Shown here in pieces: positions 50,512-60,323 of a stretch of DNA of 64,000 bases. Under the pieces are notes generated by a model. It was given only the letters and a program-made list of their open reading frames with translations. It had not been told where the DNA came from and made no database searches. The DNA comes from Thermoplasmatota archaeon. GTDB lineage: Archaea > Thermoplasmatota > E2 > DHVEG-1. Where the stretch lies: the NCBI GenBank assembly GCA_029939595.1, contig JAOZSQ010000001.1:197722-261721 (forward strand), read 5' to 3'. The position numbers and the translations under genes were made by a program. How positions within the stretch are numbered: position 1 is the first letter of the stretch; the number at the start of each line of letters is the position of its first letter.

Positions 50512-53500
50512 ATGGCATCAATTAAAGAAGAAAAAAATAAGTGTAAAACAACAATACGAAGTGGTGCAATGGGTGTTGTTGATGGACGAATAATAATGAT
50601 TGATAGGATAGAAACATTCAATGAATTTCTTCCTAAACTTTTGCCCTTATATAATGATACCTATTCTTGGATAACTAAATTTGGGCAGATGCGAAACCTA
50701 TTAAGAGGTTATGAAAATCCCAACGATTCACTTCACACATTCAATATATCTTCCAGAAAAAATGTGGTTCCTCATTATTTTACTCTTCCAAAATGTAATT
50801 CTTTTTGTTTCAGTTCTTTTGATAGTCCAGATTTATACACCGCAGGACCATATGTTTTAACCACAGAAGAAGCAACAAAATGTTATGTAACTGTGAGACG
50901 TAAAGATAATAAAATAGTTGTAACTCAAGATGAAGACCATTTGGATGCATGGTATACACCAGAATTAATAAAAGATTTTAGATTTCAAGTTGGTTCTTGT
51001 GAACAACTTGTAACTGTATTTGAGAAAAAAATAGAAACGAAGAATAAATTCTTTTTTACAAAAATTGTATTGATGAAAGATAAAAAAGAAATAAAAGATT
51101 TGGGTTCTTTTGATGAAAATGGTAAATTTGTTCATCCAGATATAGATTATGAGAATACTGTTTTTAGTGAAACTCTAACAGAAAAAAATATAAAGGTGGT
51201 ATTTAAAAATGCAATAAATGATGATGTTACTGTAGCCATAAAATATAGAATAGTTCAAAAGGAAATTAGTGAAGGTGTTGGAACTTTAAATGAACTGGAA
51301 AAAGGGGAAACATTTACTTTTAAATTGGGCACTGATCCAGTAAAAGGCACAATAAAAGTGTTATTGGGAGAAGAAATAATAGGAACGATAGATGAAAAGG
51401 GGTTTGTATCGGGTTCTCTTGTTGAAAAAGATTCTAGTTTCAATGTTAATAATAATACGTTGTATTTGGTGTTTGATAAAAAATATAAAGCAGGAAAAAT
51501 GGATAGTGTTTTTGTTAAATATGAAATTTTTACACCGGATCAGTATGTAGAAGTTGGTAATTTTTCTATTTTACCAAAAGAATTTGAAATGGATTTGCAA
51601 CATGATACAATAATCAAAGGAACTAGTAAAATTTACAAAGAATATGACGATGATAATGTTGTTTATTTGGGTTCGGTTGATGAGAATGAAAATGTTATTG
51701 CAACAAATGAACTATTAGATGCAACTGCTTGTGTTTTTGATACTAAAACAAAGAAGTTAAAAATAGTTTTAAAAGAAACTGAAAATATAGATTATGATAT
51801 TGCTTTACGTTATAATTTTCTTGATCAATATCATGAATGGCATAAAGACTTTTTTCAGGTAGCATTTACAGTTGAATCAATAACTTATTTGGGTAATAGG
51901 CAAATGTCTTTTATGAGATTGAATCTTGATAAACCGATTGATTATATGTTTCCAACTGAGCCAAAGAATGAATCGGATACACCATTGGTTGTAGAAAGAC
52001 CAATGTTGGGTTCAAGTTTCCAGGTGAATAGTATTGAAACAAGGAAAATTGTTGCTAGGATTCAAGTGTTAGCTGAAGGATTGGAGTTGAATCATGGTTG
52101 GCATATAATTAAAGATAGAGAGTTTGATTGTACTTCTGTTAATAAGGTTGGTTTTAGAAAATTGGCGAATTTAATCAATTTTGAGATTGTGAATAAGGAT
52201 GATATTTATAAAGCAATACTTGCTTTGTCATATCCATTAAATGCAGAAGCAAACCCATTTTATCCTATGAATGAGGGAAAATGGTTGTTGCCCAATCCTT
52301 TTTTTGGTAAGTATATAAGGTACGTTCCTTTGATAGATATACAGTTGGCTGAGAAAGCTAATCAACCCGCAGATGTTGTTGATTTTGATTTTATTGCTGA
52401 TAATTTATTGTCACCTATATGTTTATCTCATACCGATTTGAGATGGATGGCAGAACGATTTGATTATAAAATTGATTGTAGGGAGGCTATTAACGCCAAT
52501 CTGAAGAGTTATGGTTGGAAAACTTATGAAGAGATGCCACCCGAAGCAAAACCTTATTATTTTCCTTTATTTAAAGAAGAAATATTACAAGATAAGGAAG
52601 AAGCTTTGTACCATACCGATTTAAAGTATAATGTGATTGATAAATTTAGCAAACGGCATGATACTTATATTATGGCTCAACTTCAAAAGATTGTCGGTTT
52701 TGCATTTGAAGATCCTCTTCCATCAATAGATTTTGCTATTGAAGAAGAAACATATATTGAAAATAAAGTTGGTGAAGAGCAAGATTTTGATGCATATTTT
52801 GAGAAAAATAATGAGCGAATTGAAAACAATGAAGGTCCAGATCCATTGGTTAATTGTATGTTCTTGAATTCGGGAATTACAGATGCTAAGAATAAGGAAA
52901 AAAGTAAATTTGTGACTTTATTGGAAGAAGAAATGTTCGTTGGATTGACTTTAGACGAACCAGCTATTTCCTTATTGGAAATACCTCATTTATGCAGAGA
53001 AGAAATTGAAGAAATAATTGCTGATAAAAATTTGGAAGCCTGGAGAGCAGATATAGAGGGTTGTTCAACCAAAGAAGAGTTTGTTAGGTTGCTATCAAAA
53101 CTTATTGTTATGAGATTAACTGACGATGAATTTGTCTCATTTATAGATCATAATAATTTGTTTATAAATCCCAATGCTTTTATAGATAGTGAACGGACAG
53201 AGAAGGAGGGATTGACACGTTATCGGGTAGGAGAACTACAACATACAATATTACAAGAATTGGGTTTGGCGGGTGCATTGAGGCATATATCATTTGAAGA
53301 AATTGAATATCTTGATGTAATTCAGCTTGAGCAAATGTTGAAAGATCGGGGTTATGTTTCTTTTAAAGATAAGTATATGGAAAATTGGGAAGGCGATCCG
53401 ATGCCGGAGGATTTGAGTAAATTAGAATATGTAGAACAATACTTTTTAAATGAAAAACAATATAGACATGCAGTTAAAAAAATATTGAAGTATACACATA

Positions 53501-54549
53501 AGGATATATTACCATCTTATTGGGTTGAAGAAGATAGAAAATGGCCTGGAGAAGATTTAACAACGGAAGTAAACGTAACCAAACAATTAAGACAAGAATG
53601 GGAAGATTATCATAAAAGATTCAATGAAGTAGATTTAGATAATTTATATGAAAGGATAACTGATTGTAAAAATATTATTAAATCTAAAAGAACCGTTGCT
53701 CGTAGTAAAGTCACAAAATATAACACTGCTATTACTGCTGAAGAAACTGCGAAAACGGGAGTTGTAAATGCCATGAAAAGTGCAATAGTTGTTAAAAAAC
53801 AAGAATTGGAAGTAGCTCGTCAAAAAGTACGGACAGCGGAAACGAATTTGGAAAATGCTAAGAAAGCGAGAGATACTGCACAAATCAATAGAAATAACGC
53901 TGCTGCAAAGGTTCCTCCTGCTGAACAGGCTGTGATTGCTGCCGAACCTCCAGTTGTTGCACAACAACAAGTTGTAACAACCAAACAAGTTATTTTTAAT
54001 CAAAAAGCGGAAGTTGTAGTAACCAAACAAGGCATTGTAACAGATAAACAAGGAATTGTAACAGATAAACAGGGTATTGTGGCGAATAGACAGGTTGTTG
54101 TAGAAGCGAAACAGGCTGATCTTGATGCTATAGAAGAAGGTGGAGATACAACTACTGCCGAAACAGAATTAACTACTGCCGAAACAGAATTGACTACTGC
54201 CGAAACAGAATTGACTACTGCCGAAACAGAATTGGCTATTGCCGAAACAGGTTTGGTTACTGCTAAAACTGAAAAAACATCGGCTCAAACCGTTCTTACA
54301 ACTGAACAGGGCAAATTAACTACGTTGCAAAATACGTTGAATACTAAAAAGGCAGCATTGACAGCAGCCCAAAATACATTGAAAGCGAGGGAAACCGATC
54401 TCACAAATGCCAAGAATCTTGTAATACAGCGAGAACAAGAATTACAAGTAGCAAGAGATAATGAAGCAATTGCAGTTAAAAATCTTTTAGATACTGAGAG
54501 AGATAGAGATATCTTATCAGGAATAATTAAGAAAACAATACAGGTATAA
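50512..54549 (+). CDS. giant (~1,347 aa) protein with C-terminal coiled coil and TTAETEL / GIVTDKQ tandem repeats (start moved to the ATG with AAGGAA SD)
   Basis: Long ORF. 21-bp repeats at 54031-54252. Confidence 0.5.
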   Translation: MASIKEEKNKCKTTIRSGAMGVVDGRIIMIDRIETFNEFLPKLLPLYNDTYSWITKFGQMRNLLRGYENPNDSLHTFNISSRKNVVPHYFTLPKCNSFCFSSFDSPDLYTAGPYVLTTEEATKCYVTVRRKDNKIVVTQDEDHLDAWYTPELIKDFRFQVGSCEQLVTVFEKKIETKNKFFFTKIVLMKDKKEIKDLGSFDENGKFVHPDIDYENTVFSETLTEKNIKVVFKNAINDDVTVAIKYRIVQKEISEGVGTLNELEKGETFTFKLGTDPVKGTIKVLLGEEIIGTIDEKGFVSGSLVEKDSSFNVNNNTLYLVFDKKYKAGKMDSVFVKYEIFTPDQYVEVGNFSILPKEFEMDLQHDTIIKGTSKIYKEYDDDNVVYLGSVDENENVIATNELLDATACVFDTKTKKLKIVLKETENIDYDIALRYNFLDQYHEWHKDFFQVAFTVESITYLGNRQMSFMRLNLDKPIDYMFPTEPKNESDTPLVVERPMLGSSFQVNSIETRKIVARIQVLAEGLELNHGWHIIKDREFDCTSVNKVGFRKLANLINFEIVNKDDIYKAILALSYPLNAEANPFYPMNEGKWLLPNPFFGKYIRYVPLIDIQLAEKANQPADVVDFDFIADNLLSPICLSHTDLRWMAERFDYKIDCREAINANLKSYGWKTYEEMPPEAKPYYFPLFKEEILQDKEEALYHTDLKYNVIDKFSKRHDTYIMAQLQKIVGFAFEDPLPSIDFAIEEETYIENKVGEEQDFDAYFEKNNERIENNEGPDPLVNCMFLNSGITDAKNKEKSKFVTLLEEEMFVGLTLDEPAISLLEIPHLCREEIEEIIADKNLEAWRADIEGCSTKEEFVRLLSKLIVMRLTDDEFVSFIDHNNLFINPNAFIDSERTEKEGLTRYRVGELQHTILQELGLAGALRHISFEEIEYLDVIQLEQMLKDRGYVSFKDKYMENWEGDPMPEDLSKLEYVEQYFLNEKQYRHAVKKILKYTHKDILPSYWVEEDRKWPGEDLTTEVNVTKQLRQEWEDYHKRFNEVDLDNLYERITDCKNIIKSKRTVARSKVTKYNTAITAEETAKTGVVNAMKSAIVVKKQELEVARQKVRTAETNLENAKKARDTAQINRNNAAAKVPPAEQAVIAAEPPVVAQQQVVTTKQVIFNQKAEVVVTKQGIVTDKQGIVTDKQGIVANRQVVVEAKQADLDAIEEGGDTTTAETELTTAETELTTAETELTTAETELAIAETGLVTAKTEKTSAQTVLTTEQGKLTTLQNTLNTKKAALTAAQNTLKARETDLTNAKNLVIQREQELQVARDNEAIAVKNLLDTERDRDILSGIIKKTIQV
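54031..54252 (+). repeat. two sets of in-frame 21-bp tandem repeats (ggcattgtaacagataaacaa x3; actactgccgaaacagaattg x~5)
   Basis: Direct inspection. Confidence 0.7.
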
Positions 54550-54550
54550 T

Positions 54551-55792
54551 ATGAAATATGAAAGTCAACATGGTGATGTTTTTAAATTAGAAGATTTACA
54601 TAATAATCCTGCGAATTATGGTACTTTTACTACTCATTCAGTTAGTGTTTTACCTAGTATGAAGACTTATATGGATAAAGTTAAAGCAAGAATGATATTG
54701 GAGGAGCCTTTATATCAATCGGCAATTGATTTGGATAAATCGTTATTTGATGGTTGGAAGGTTGATGAACTTGATAATGACGATAATGATGAGAATATAC
54801 GATTGTTGAGTAAGTATTATGATATTAGTAGGATACCTTTGGTTAATATGAGTATTGATTGTTTTGATATTTTGGTTGATACTCCAAATGGAACAAAAAA
54901 TAATATCAAAGTGAGAAAATTAGTTAGGAAATTAAATGGAGAGAAGTATTCGGCTATTAACACGGAAAGTTATATTACTAAGAAAGAGGGAGATATAATT
55001 TCTGATATTGAATATGATAAAGAGCGGTTAATATTTGATACTAAAAAATCATTAAAAATTGAATTTGTGATTTTTTCAGAGATAGATAGTATGAGTGATG
55101 TCCAGTTAGAAGATTTGATGAAGAAGAATAATTTGTGGGTTTTAAGAAAGGAATTTTATGATCGTGCAATGATAGATGGTTCTCATAATGCGAAGCAACA
55201 GAATTGGGAAGTGGATAATTCGGTTAGTAGTTTTGTTAATACACCGGTTAATTATTGGAGAAGGGAGATAAAAAAACAGTTATTTTCCAAATGTACAGTT
55301 AGGAATTCGGTTGAGGATTTGGCGAAAGCGAATGGATTTTCTGGCAAGACAGGAGACGATCTTTTGAAGGTGTTGGGTATATATGATGAACCGATACCAG
55401 AACCACCCAAATATATTCATTATAAGTGTTATGAAAGTGAGATGAGTAAAATAGATCAGAAAATTAATAGTCTTCAAATTGATGAATATTTAAACGAAAC
55501 TTTTGAATATAAGATTGATAAAAGTGTTTATGATGCAAGATACTATTTGTATTACAATGAAAAAATTAGAGAATTGGGTAAGTTAATCAAATACAAGATT
55601 GATAGACTAAATAATATTGTAGTTGGTGATATTGATAAGAGAGGGAGATGTAGAGAATTTTATGATGCTTGTGTTTTTGCTGTTGCCAATGATATAGGAG
55701 TGTTAAGAGGAATCCTAAAAGATTACGATCTTCTTGATAAATTGTATGATGTTATCCGAGATGCTAGAAAGAAATATAGGAAGTTGGGTTAG
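54551..55792 (+). CDS. hypothetical protein (413 aa)
   Basis: ORF, coupled to the upstream gene. Confidence 0.4.
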   Translation: MKYESQHGDVFKLEDLHNNPANYGTFTTHSVSVLPSMKTYMDKVKARMILEEPLYQSAIDLDKSLFDGWKVDELDNDDNDENIRLLSKYYDISRIPLVNMSIDCFDILVDTPNGTKNNIKVRKLVRKLNGEKYSAINTESYITKKEGDIISDIEYDKERLIFDTKKSLKIEFVIFSEIDSMSDVQLEDLMKKNNLWVLRKEFYDRAMIDGSHNAKQQNWEVDNSVSSFVNTPVNYWRREIKKQLFSKCTVRNSVEDLAKANGFSGKTGDDLLKVLGIYDEPIPEPPKYIHYKCYESEMSKIDQKINSLQIDEYLNETFEYKIDKSVYDARYYLYYNEKIRELGKLIKYKIDRLNNIVVGDIDKRGRCREFYDACVFAVANDIGVLRGILKDYDLLDKLYDVIRDARKKYRKLG

Positions 55793-55861
55793 TATGAAAA
55801 GATTGATTTATGATAATGTAAAAAACATTAATTTTATTTTAGATAGGAAATTAGGATAAAT

Positions 55862-56056
55862 ATGGAACAAGAAAAAATGAAATATTGGAAAACAAATCAG
55901 GATATGGATTTTTCAGGTTTGGAATTTTATTTAAAAATGCTTGAGGATTCAGCAAATTTAATCACTAAAGCTTTTAATATACAAAAGGACCAGTTAACGC
56001 TTATAAGAAAGGAAGCAGTGAAAAGGGAACAGAGTGAACAAGGGAGAGGTTTATAA
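55862..56056 (+). CDS. small hypothetical protein
   Basis: ORF with SD. Confidence 0.3.
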   Translation: MEQEKMKYWKTNQDMDFSGLEFYLKMLEDSANLITKAFNIQKDQLTLIRKEAVKREQSEQGRGL

Positions 56057-56658
56057 TGGCTGAAGAAGATAGTTATCCTTTCAAATATGCCGATGACGAA
56101 GGTATTGATGAAGTTGTAAAATTCAATGAAGATGCTAATGTAGAGGTTGCAATTCTCTTTGGTTCCCCATTTTATTATATCAAAAGGGAAATAGCTGGTA
56201 CTGAGCCTGTGTTTGGAGAACATTTGCATAATGTATTGAGGAAAGCTGTCAAGATAAATTTTATTGTAGAGAATCCAAACGATGATTTGGAGATGGAGTC
56301 TATGTATACCAAGTTTGGTGTGAAGGTTGAGGCTGCGGATATGACTTTGTGGGGTGTTAAACGGTTATTGGCAGAGAAAGGAGTTGTTCCAAAAGAAGGT
56401 GATTTAATTTGGTATCCCCGTTTAAAAAAACTATATGAAGTATCTTTAGTTGATTTGAAGGAAAATATAAAATATAAGATATTATGTTCGTTGCATACAC
56501 CTGATCACACAGAAATTGAAGAAGATTTCAACATACCGGCTATCAAGGACAAACTTGAAGCGTTGGATGATGTTGAACAAGCCAACTTTTTTGATCCGAT
56601 TGATGGTTTGAAGAATGAGTTCATTGATGATGCAGAAGTGGACCCGTTGGCTTTTTAA
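56056..56658 (+). CDS. acidic hypothetical protein (200 aa)
   Basis: ORF with GAGAGG SD. Confidence 0.4.
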   Translation: MAEEDSYPFKYADDEGIDEVVKFNEDANVEVAILFGSPFYYIKREIAGTEPVFGEHLHNVLRKAVKINFIVENPNDDLEMESMYTKFGVKVEAADMTLWGVKRLLAEKGVVPKEGDLIWYPRLKKLYEVSLVDLKENIKYKILCSLHTPDHTEIEEDFNIPAIKDKLEALDDVEQANFFDPIDGLKNEFIDDAEVDPLAF

Positions 56659-56742
56659 GTTATCCAGACAATTCACCTTAACTATTGGATAACCCTCGTT
56701 TAGAGGATAAAGGAATTTTTAAATAATATAACGGAGATAGTT

Positions 56743-57096
56743 ATGAGTGAACTACCAATTGATGATGGAAACGGAAATATAATAATTGGAAAGACTGTAT
56801 TAATTGTTCATATTGAAGATGCGGCTAATACAACCAAAACAAATTTTGACTTATATGATGAAATTGAAAATCTGGTTAGACATGAGTATGGTGAAAAAAT
56901 AATGGTTTTGCCATCTTATATCCAAGTTGAGAGATTGATGTATGACAAAAATGATAAACTTGTTAAATTCATTTATCAAACCACTTTTGGAATAGAAGGA
57001 TATGTTACTGAAATGAGTAGTAGAATAGTTGATAGATTGGCTGATAATTTTAGTGTAATCGCTATGCGAGGATCTGATCAACTTTATTTATTATAA
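56743..57096 (+). CDS. hypothetical protein (117 aa); last gene of the + strand block
   Basis: ORF with ACGGAGA SD. Confidence 0.4.
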   Translation: MSELPIDDGNGNIIIGKTVLIVHIEDAANTTKTNFDLYDEIENLVRHEYGEKIMVLPSYIQVERLMYDKNDKLVKFIYQTTFGIEGYVTEMSSRIVDRLADNFSVIAMRGSDQLYLL

Positions 57097-57196
57097 TCGG
57101 GTTTAGGAGTAGCTGTAAGCAAGCTTTAACAGTGAGGGGAACGTGACGACTTGCTTGTTGTTCGTCTGTGGTGCGTTTTGATGGAGAACCCGATTA
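57094..57196. terminator. 10-bp perfect inverted repeat (TAATCGGGTT / AACCCGATTA) enclosing an 83-nt GC-rich structured element between convergent genes; bidirectional terminator and/or structured RNA
   Basis: The inverted-repeat arms overlap both stop codons. An internal AAGCAAG / CTTGCTT sub-stem is present. Local GC is far above the surroundings. Confidence 0.4.
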
Positions 57197-57952
57197 ATCA
57201 TACCAACCTTGAATTAATTTTAATTCATATTTTTCAAATATTCCTTTTTTTGTGATGATATCCATGCCTTTGTTAAAGGTTTTTAATAATTTTTTAGAAT
57301 CTTTTCTGGTTTTTGGGAAAAGAGGATGGGCGGTTGAGTTATGTAAAGGTTTGGGGTGATGTTTTATTTTGTAAAGTTGTTCTGGTGCGAAGTTTTTTCT
57401 TAAAATATAATACCCACCAATTAATTCCATAGGGAAAATATCCATTCTTCCCATAAACAATTTAGAAAAATTTTGTTTATCATTTTCTACTTCTTGTATA
57501 TTTAATTTTTTATCTTTTACCATTTTTATAAATTCATCATTGTATGTATAACCTAATGTTAAACCAATTTTATATTTTTTTAGGTCATTGAGGGTTTCCC
57601 AATGAAAGTTGGTAGCTGCTAGATAAAAAAAATAAAAATCTGTTTTTACTACTCTTTTTCCACAATAAAAATCTTTTTGTCTTCGTTTAGTACAAAACCA
57701 AGAAGAAGTTGCATGATATTTGCCTGTCTTTGTAATTTTATATGCTCGTATCCAAGGAAGGAATATAAATTTGGTTTTTATTCCTTGTGTTTTAAATGCA
57801 AGACTAAGCATATGAGAAGCAAATCCATAATGTTTTAATTTTGATCCAACTGTTGGCGGAAATTCGCCGGTTGCGACTGAAATGGTTTCTTGTCCAAAAC
57901 AAATAGATGATATAAGTATAAACAGAAAAATTAATAAATATTTTGAATTCAT
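57194..57952 (-). CDS. extracellular solute-binding protein family 3-like protein with signal peptide
   Basis: MNSKYLLIFLFILISSICFGQ signal. Overall similarity to SBP_bac_3-type binding proteins (recollection-based). Confidence 0.45.
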   Translation of the reverse strand: MNSKYLLIFLFILISSICFGQETISVATGEFPPTVGSKLKHYGFASHMLSLAFKTQGIKTKFIFLPWIRAYKITKTGKYHATSSWFCTKRRQKDFYCGKRVVKTDFYFFYLAATNFHWETLNDLKKYKIGLTLGYTYNDEFIKMVKDKKLNIQEVENDKQNFSKLFMGRMDIFPMELIGGYYILRKNFAPEQLYKIKHHPKPLHNSTAHPLFPKTRKDSKKLLKTFNKGMDIITKKGIFEKYELKLIQGWYD

Positions 57953-57999
57953 AACAACCTTTAAATGGGGGTTTATTATTATTTAGTAAGGAGATTTAT

Positions 58000-58977
58000 A
58001 TGAAAAAATTAGTGATTTGTATTTTTTTGTTATTTTCAGTAAGTGTAATTTTTGCACAAGTATCAACTCCTTCACTTGATCCGGTTAATTCAAATTTAGC
58101 TCCAAGTGCAAGTGCGTGGAGATACGGAACTATCACTTTAGGGTTGTTAGGAGCCACCATAAATCAAAAACTAACTCAGGACGACTCAGAGTATGCAAAA
58201 GGAAAAGAAACGGATTATGGGGCGATTTTGGCAGCATATTGGAAGTGGTTTAATTTGGAAGCCAAAACCGAATATGGAGAATTTTTATTAGAATTAGAAG
58301 ATGAAGAAATTGAAACCAGACATCGGGATTATAGTGCATTTCTGGCGGTCCGATTGGAGGAAAATATTGCTGTATCCGGTGGAGTTGTTGATATTGAAGA
58401 TAAAGTAAAATATGAAAGTGGAGTGGAAACCACTATTAAAACACGTAAATCGGGTTTGGGATTGGGATTCCGTTTTTGGGAGTTTATGCATGTAGCAATG
58501 GGCTTCTATTATGTGGAATCGTTTGGAAATATGGATACCACTTCAGATAGTTATGATGTAACCAATAATACTTGGAGAGAGACTTATTATGGGATTTCAG
58601 TGTTGGAAGGTGATGTAGGAAAGGCTCAAATACGAGTTGAGGCGGCTTATATAGCTTCTCCAGAGGATAGGGGTTCGCCAGATAACAATAGCGAGACCAC
58701 TAATCATCATCCCAAGACACAGGAATATATAGGTGCCATAGAATTGAAGTATTTGGAATATTTGATTCATTTTTCTCAGCATCGGACGGTTGTTTCGGGG
58801 TTGAGTTTTGATAGTAGTGATGATGGGTCAAGGATAGTGGAGGATAAATATGGTTTGGCTTATATATCTCAAAGTGGAATTATTATAGGTCTTTATTATG
58901 TTTCTGGAATTGGAAATATAAATACTATTAACATAAATTATGACAAGTACCAGATAAATTTGGGAGTTAATTTTTGA
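58000..58977 (+). CDS. outer-membrane beta-barrel-like protein with signal peptide
   Basis: MKKLVICIFLLFSVSVIFAQ signal. Alternating amphipathic beta-strands. C-terminal ...LGVNF. Confidence 0.4.
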   Translation: MKKLVICIFLLFSVSVIFAQVSTPSLDPVNSNLAPSASAWRYGTITLGLLGATINQKLTQDDSEYAKGKETDYGAILAAYWKWFNLEAKTEYGEFLLELEDEEIETRHRDYSAFLAVRLEENIAVSGGVVDIEDKVKYESGVETTIKTRKSGLGLGFRFWEFMHVAMGFYYVESFGNMDTTSDSYDVTNNTWRETYYGISVLEGDVGKAQIRVEAAYIASPEDRGSPDNNSETTNHHPKTQEYIGAIELKYLEYLIHFSQHRTVVSGLSFDSSDDGSRIVEDKYGLAYISQSGIIIGLYYVSGIGNINTININYDKYQINLGVNF

Positions 58978-59321
58978 AGTTTCTAATTATATTTTTATTT
59001 CTTTTTGGTTGCGCCGATGATCCAGAATATCCCGATGGAAATAATGTACCGCCATCTACTGAGGCTTATGAAGTGGCGACATATACTGTTGGTGGGCTGG
59101 TTGATGGGTTGTCAGGTATTATTGTTTTACAGAACAATTCAACAGATAGTAAAATGATTGAGTTGGATGGTGTTTTTACTTTTCCAACAGTTTTATATAG
59201 TGGTGATTCTTATGGCGTGACAGTGGCCGCACAGCCTTCGGATGAGACTTGTTTGGTGTTTGATGCAACGGGAGTCATCAATAATGTTAATATTACAAAT
59301 GTGGATGTATCATGTGATTGA
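58974..59321 (+). CDS. small lipoprotein (LFLFGCADD lipobox-like)
   Basis: Signal peptide plus Cys. Confidence 0.4.
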   Translation: MKFLIIFLFLFGCADDPEYPDGNNVPPSTEAYEVATYTVGGLVDGLSGIIVLQNNSTDSKMIELDGVFTFPTVLYSGDSYGVTVAAQPSDETCLVFDATGVINNVNITNVDVSCD

Positions 59322-59330
59322 GAGGGTTAA

Positions 59331-59819
59331 ATGTTAGAATTGAAAAAAGATACGATTAATGTAGATGGCGAATCAATTATTTTACCGATAGGAACCATAC
59401 AAGCTTGGCATAAAAGTTTAATGGAAGAAGTAGGAATTGAACTTAATAAAAATTGGATGGAGTGTAACGGCAAAGAAGTGACAGATGTTAACAGTCCACT
59501 TTTTGGTAAAATATTACCAAATTTAAATGGAGATGGTAGATTTCTTAGAGGATCATATACATCAGGTGTATTTCAAGATGATGATAATAAATCACATAAA
59601 CATGTTGGATCAGCCAGTGGGGGTGATCATAATCATACTATTCCTGGTGATACTGGTTGGGGAGGAAGTTATAATTTTACTAGATCAAATGTAAACCGGC
59701 AACAATCTTCAAAAAGTATAGGAGGTGGTTCTCATTCGCATACGGTTACTATATCTGAATCTGGTTCAGAAGCAAGACCAATAAATATGTCTGTAGTTTA
59801 TATTATGAAGATTAAATAA
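59331..59819 (+). CDS. phage tail-collar domain protein (MdpB-like)
   Basis: ILPIGTIQAW...NWMECNGKEV...SPLFGKILPNLNGDGRFLRG matches the tail-collar signature (PiGtI.aw....GWl.CdG..l....yp.Lf..........PdlrGrf.rG). C-terminal Gly/His repeats. Confidence 0.6.
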   Translation: MLELKKDTINVDGESIILPIGTIQAWHKSLMEEVGIELNKNWMECNGKEVTDVNSPLFGKILPNLNGDGRFLRGSYTSGVFQDDDNKSHKHVGSASGGDHNHTIPGDTGWGGSYNFTRSNVNRQQSSKSIGGGSHSHTVTISESGSEARPINMSVVYIMKIK

Positions 59820-59831
59820 TAGATTCAAATT

Positions 59832-60290
59832 ATGAATTTTAAACAGTTTTTAACAGAAAGAAAATTCCATTTTTTTACTGATTGCACCGATTCTTGTCAT
59901 GGGCGGGATGGTGAGCATATCAGCAATATGGCGGATAAAGGGAGAGAAGTTTCTTGGAAAACCATATTGAGGAATTGTGATGGTGCCGCTCAGTGGGCGA
60001 AGGATATGGGTTATGGAAGGCATCTCAAAATTGAGGATGATTATGCTGTCAGTTTTTATAAATCCAAATATCGGGGTGTTCCTTGTTATTATATTAAACA
60101 TTCTATGATTGAGTATGTATGGTTGGCTCATAGGAATTTTGTTGATGAGGAAGAAGACGATGATGATTTTGATTTGGTTCCAGCTTATCTGATGCCGAAG
60201 GATTGGGAACTTGAAGAATTCAATAAATTGAGAAAAAAGAAAGGAAAAAAACCGCTTACAGCTATTGAATATGCTAAAATAGGGCATTGA
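59832..60290 (+). CDS. hypothetical protein with acidic stretch
   Basis: ORF. Weak SD. Confidence 0.3.
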   Translation: MNFKQFLTERKFHFFTDCTDSCHGRDGEHISNMADKGREVSWKTILRNCDGAAQWAKDMGYGRHLKIEDDYAVSFYKSKYRGVPCYYIKHSMIEYVWLAHRNFVDEEEDDDDFDLVPAYLMPKDWELEEFNKLRKKKGKKPLTAIEYAKIGH

Positions 60291-60320
60291 GCAACCGACA
60301 CAAATGTATCGGTTGCCGAT
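60291..60320. terminator. bidirectional hairpin between convergent genes
   Basis: gcaaccga cacaaatgta tcggttgc. Confidence 0.45.
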
Positions 60321-60323
60321 TAG

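Noticed and set aside
57094-57196. Possible tRNA or tmRNA-like gene in the GC-rich inverted-repeat element
   Set aside because: On neither strand could I build a cloverleaf. After a 7-bp acceptor-like stem there is no D-stem complement and no GTTCRA T-loop. It is kept as a structured element or terminator instead.
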